DNA of 63,896 bases, the filler included, from Octopus bimaculoides (lineage: Eukaryota): assembly GCF_001194135.2 (NCBI RefSeq). It is 7 parts of 6 records of this genome, joined end to end, with 100 filler letters (N's around TTAATTAATTAA, not from the genome) between each part and the next. Parts side by side here need not be neighbours in the genome. Positions count along the whole stretch, not along the records: positions 62,093 to 63,896 come from NC_068990.1; 6 more parts are not named here. One strand, given 5' to 3'. A program made the translations under genes and the position numbers. The notes under the pieces were generated by a model. It saw only the letters and a list, made by a program, of their open reading frames with translations, ran no database searches and had not been told where the DNA came from. Positions 63,889 through 63,896 of the stretch are shown here, piece after piece (the stretch's first letter is position 1; every line of letters starts with the position of its first letter).

Positions 63889-63896
63889 CATATATA

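Overview
AT-rich, microsatellite-saturated, gap-ridden animal genomic DNA. The SINE families and repeat landscape match my recollection of Octopus; this is inference, not checked against a database. Almost all ORF-track entries are artefacts of simple repeats or N-gaps. Recognisable content: (i) one convincing host exon (58008-58098, +) carrying the C-x-P-x-S-C end of an NRF domain (nrf-6/O-acyltransferase-like family), plus a phase-compatible candidate next exon (59368-59451); (ii) a graveyard of non-LTR retroelements: at least six R4/Dong-like (REL endonuclease) fragments, RTE fragments, an L1/Tx1-like ORF1-ORF2 5' portion and a separate 3' end, and a Penelope-like fragment; (iii) a decayed mariner; (iv) about 20 tRNA-derived SINE copies of several families; (v) six artificial TTAATTAATTAA gap linkers. 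I found no clear-cut new biological system. The best leads are structural: a nested hairpin cluster with a pre-miRNA-sized 23-25 bp stem (56350-56595), a locally templated patch ending in a perfect 32-bp palindrome (58433-58507), a ~0.8 kb diverged fold-back (15428-16262), a SINE dimer inside a single 14-bp TSD, an L1/Tx1-like element sitting in a SINE head, and an unidentified near-open 173-codon frame (1891-2409). Element boundaries were read by eye and are approximate unless stated.
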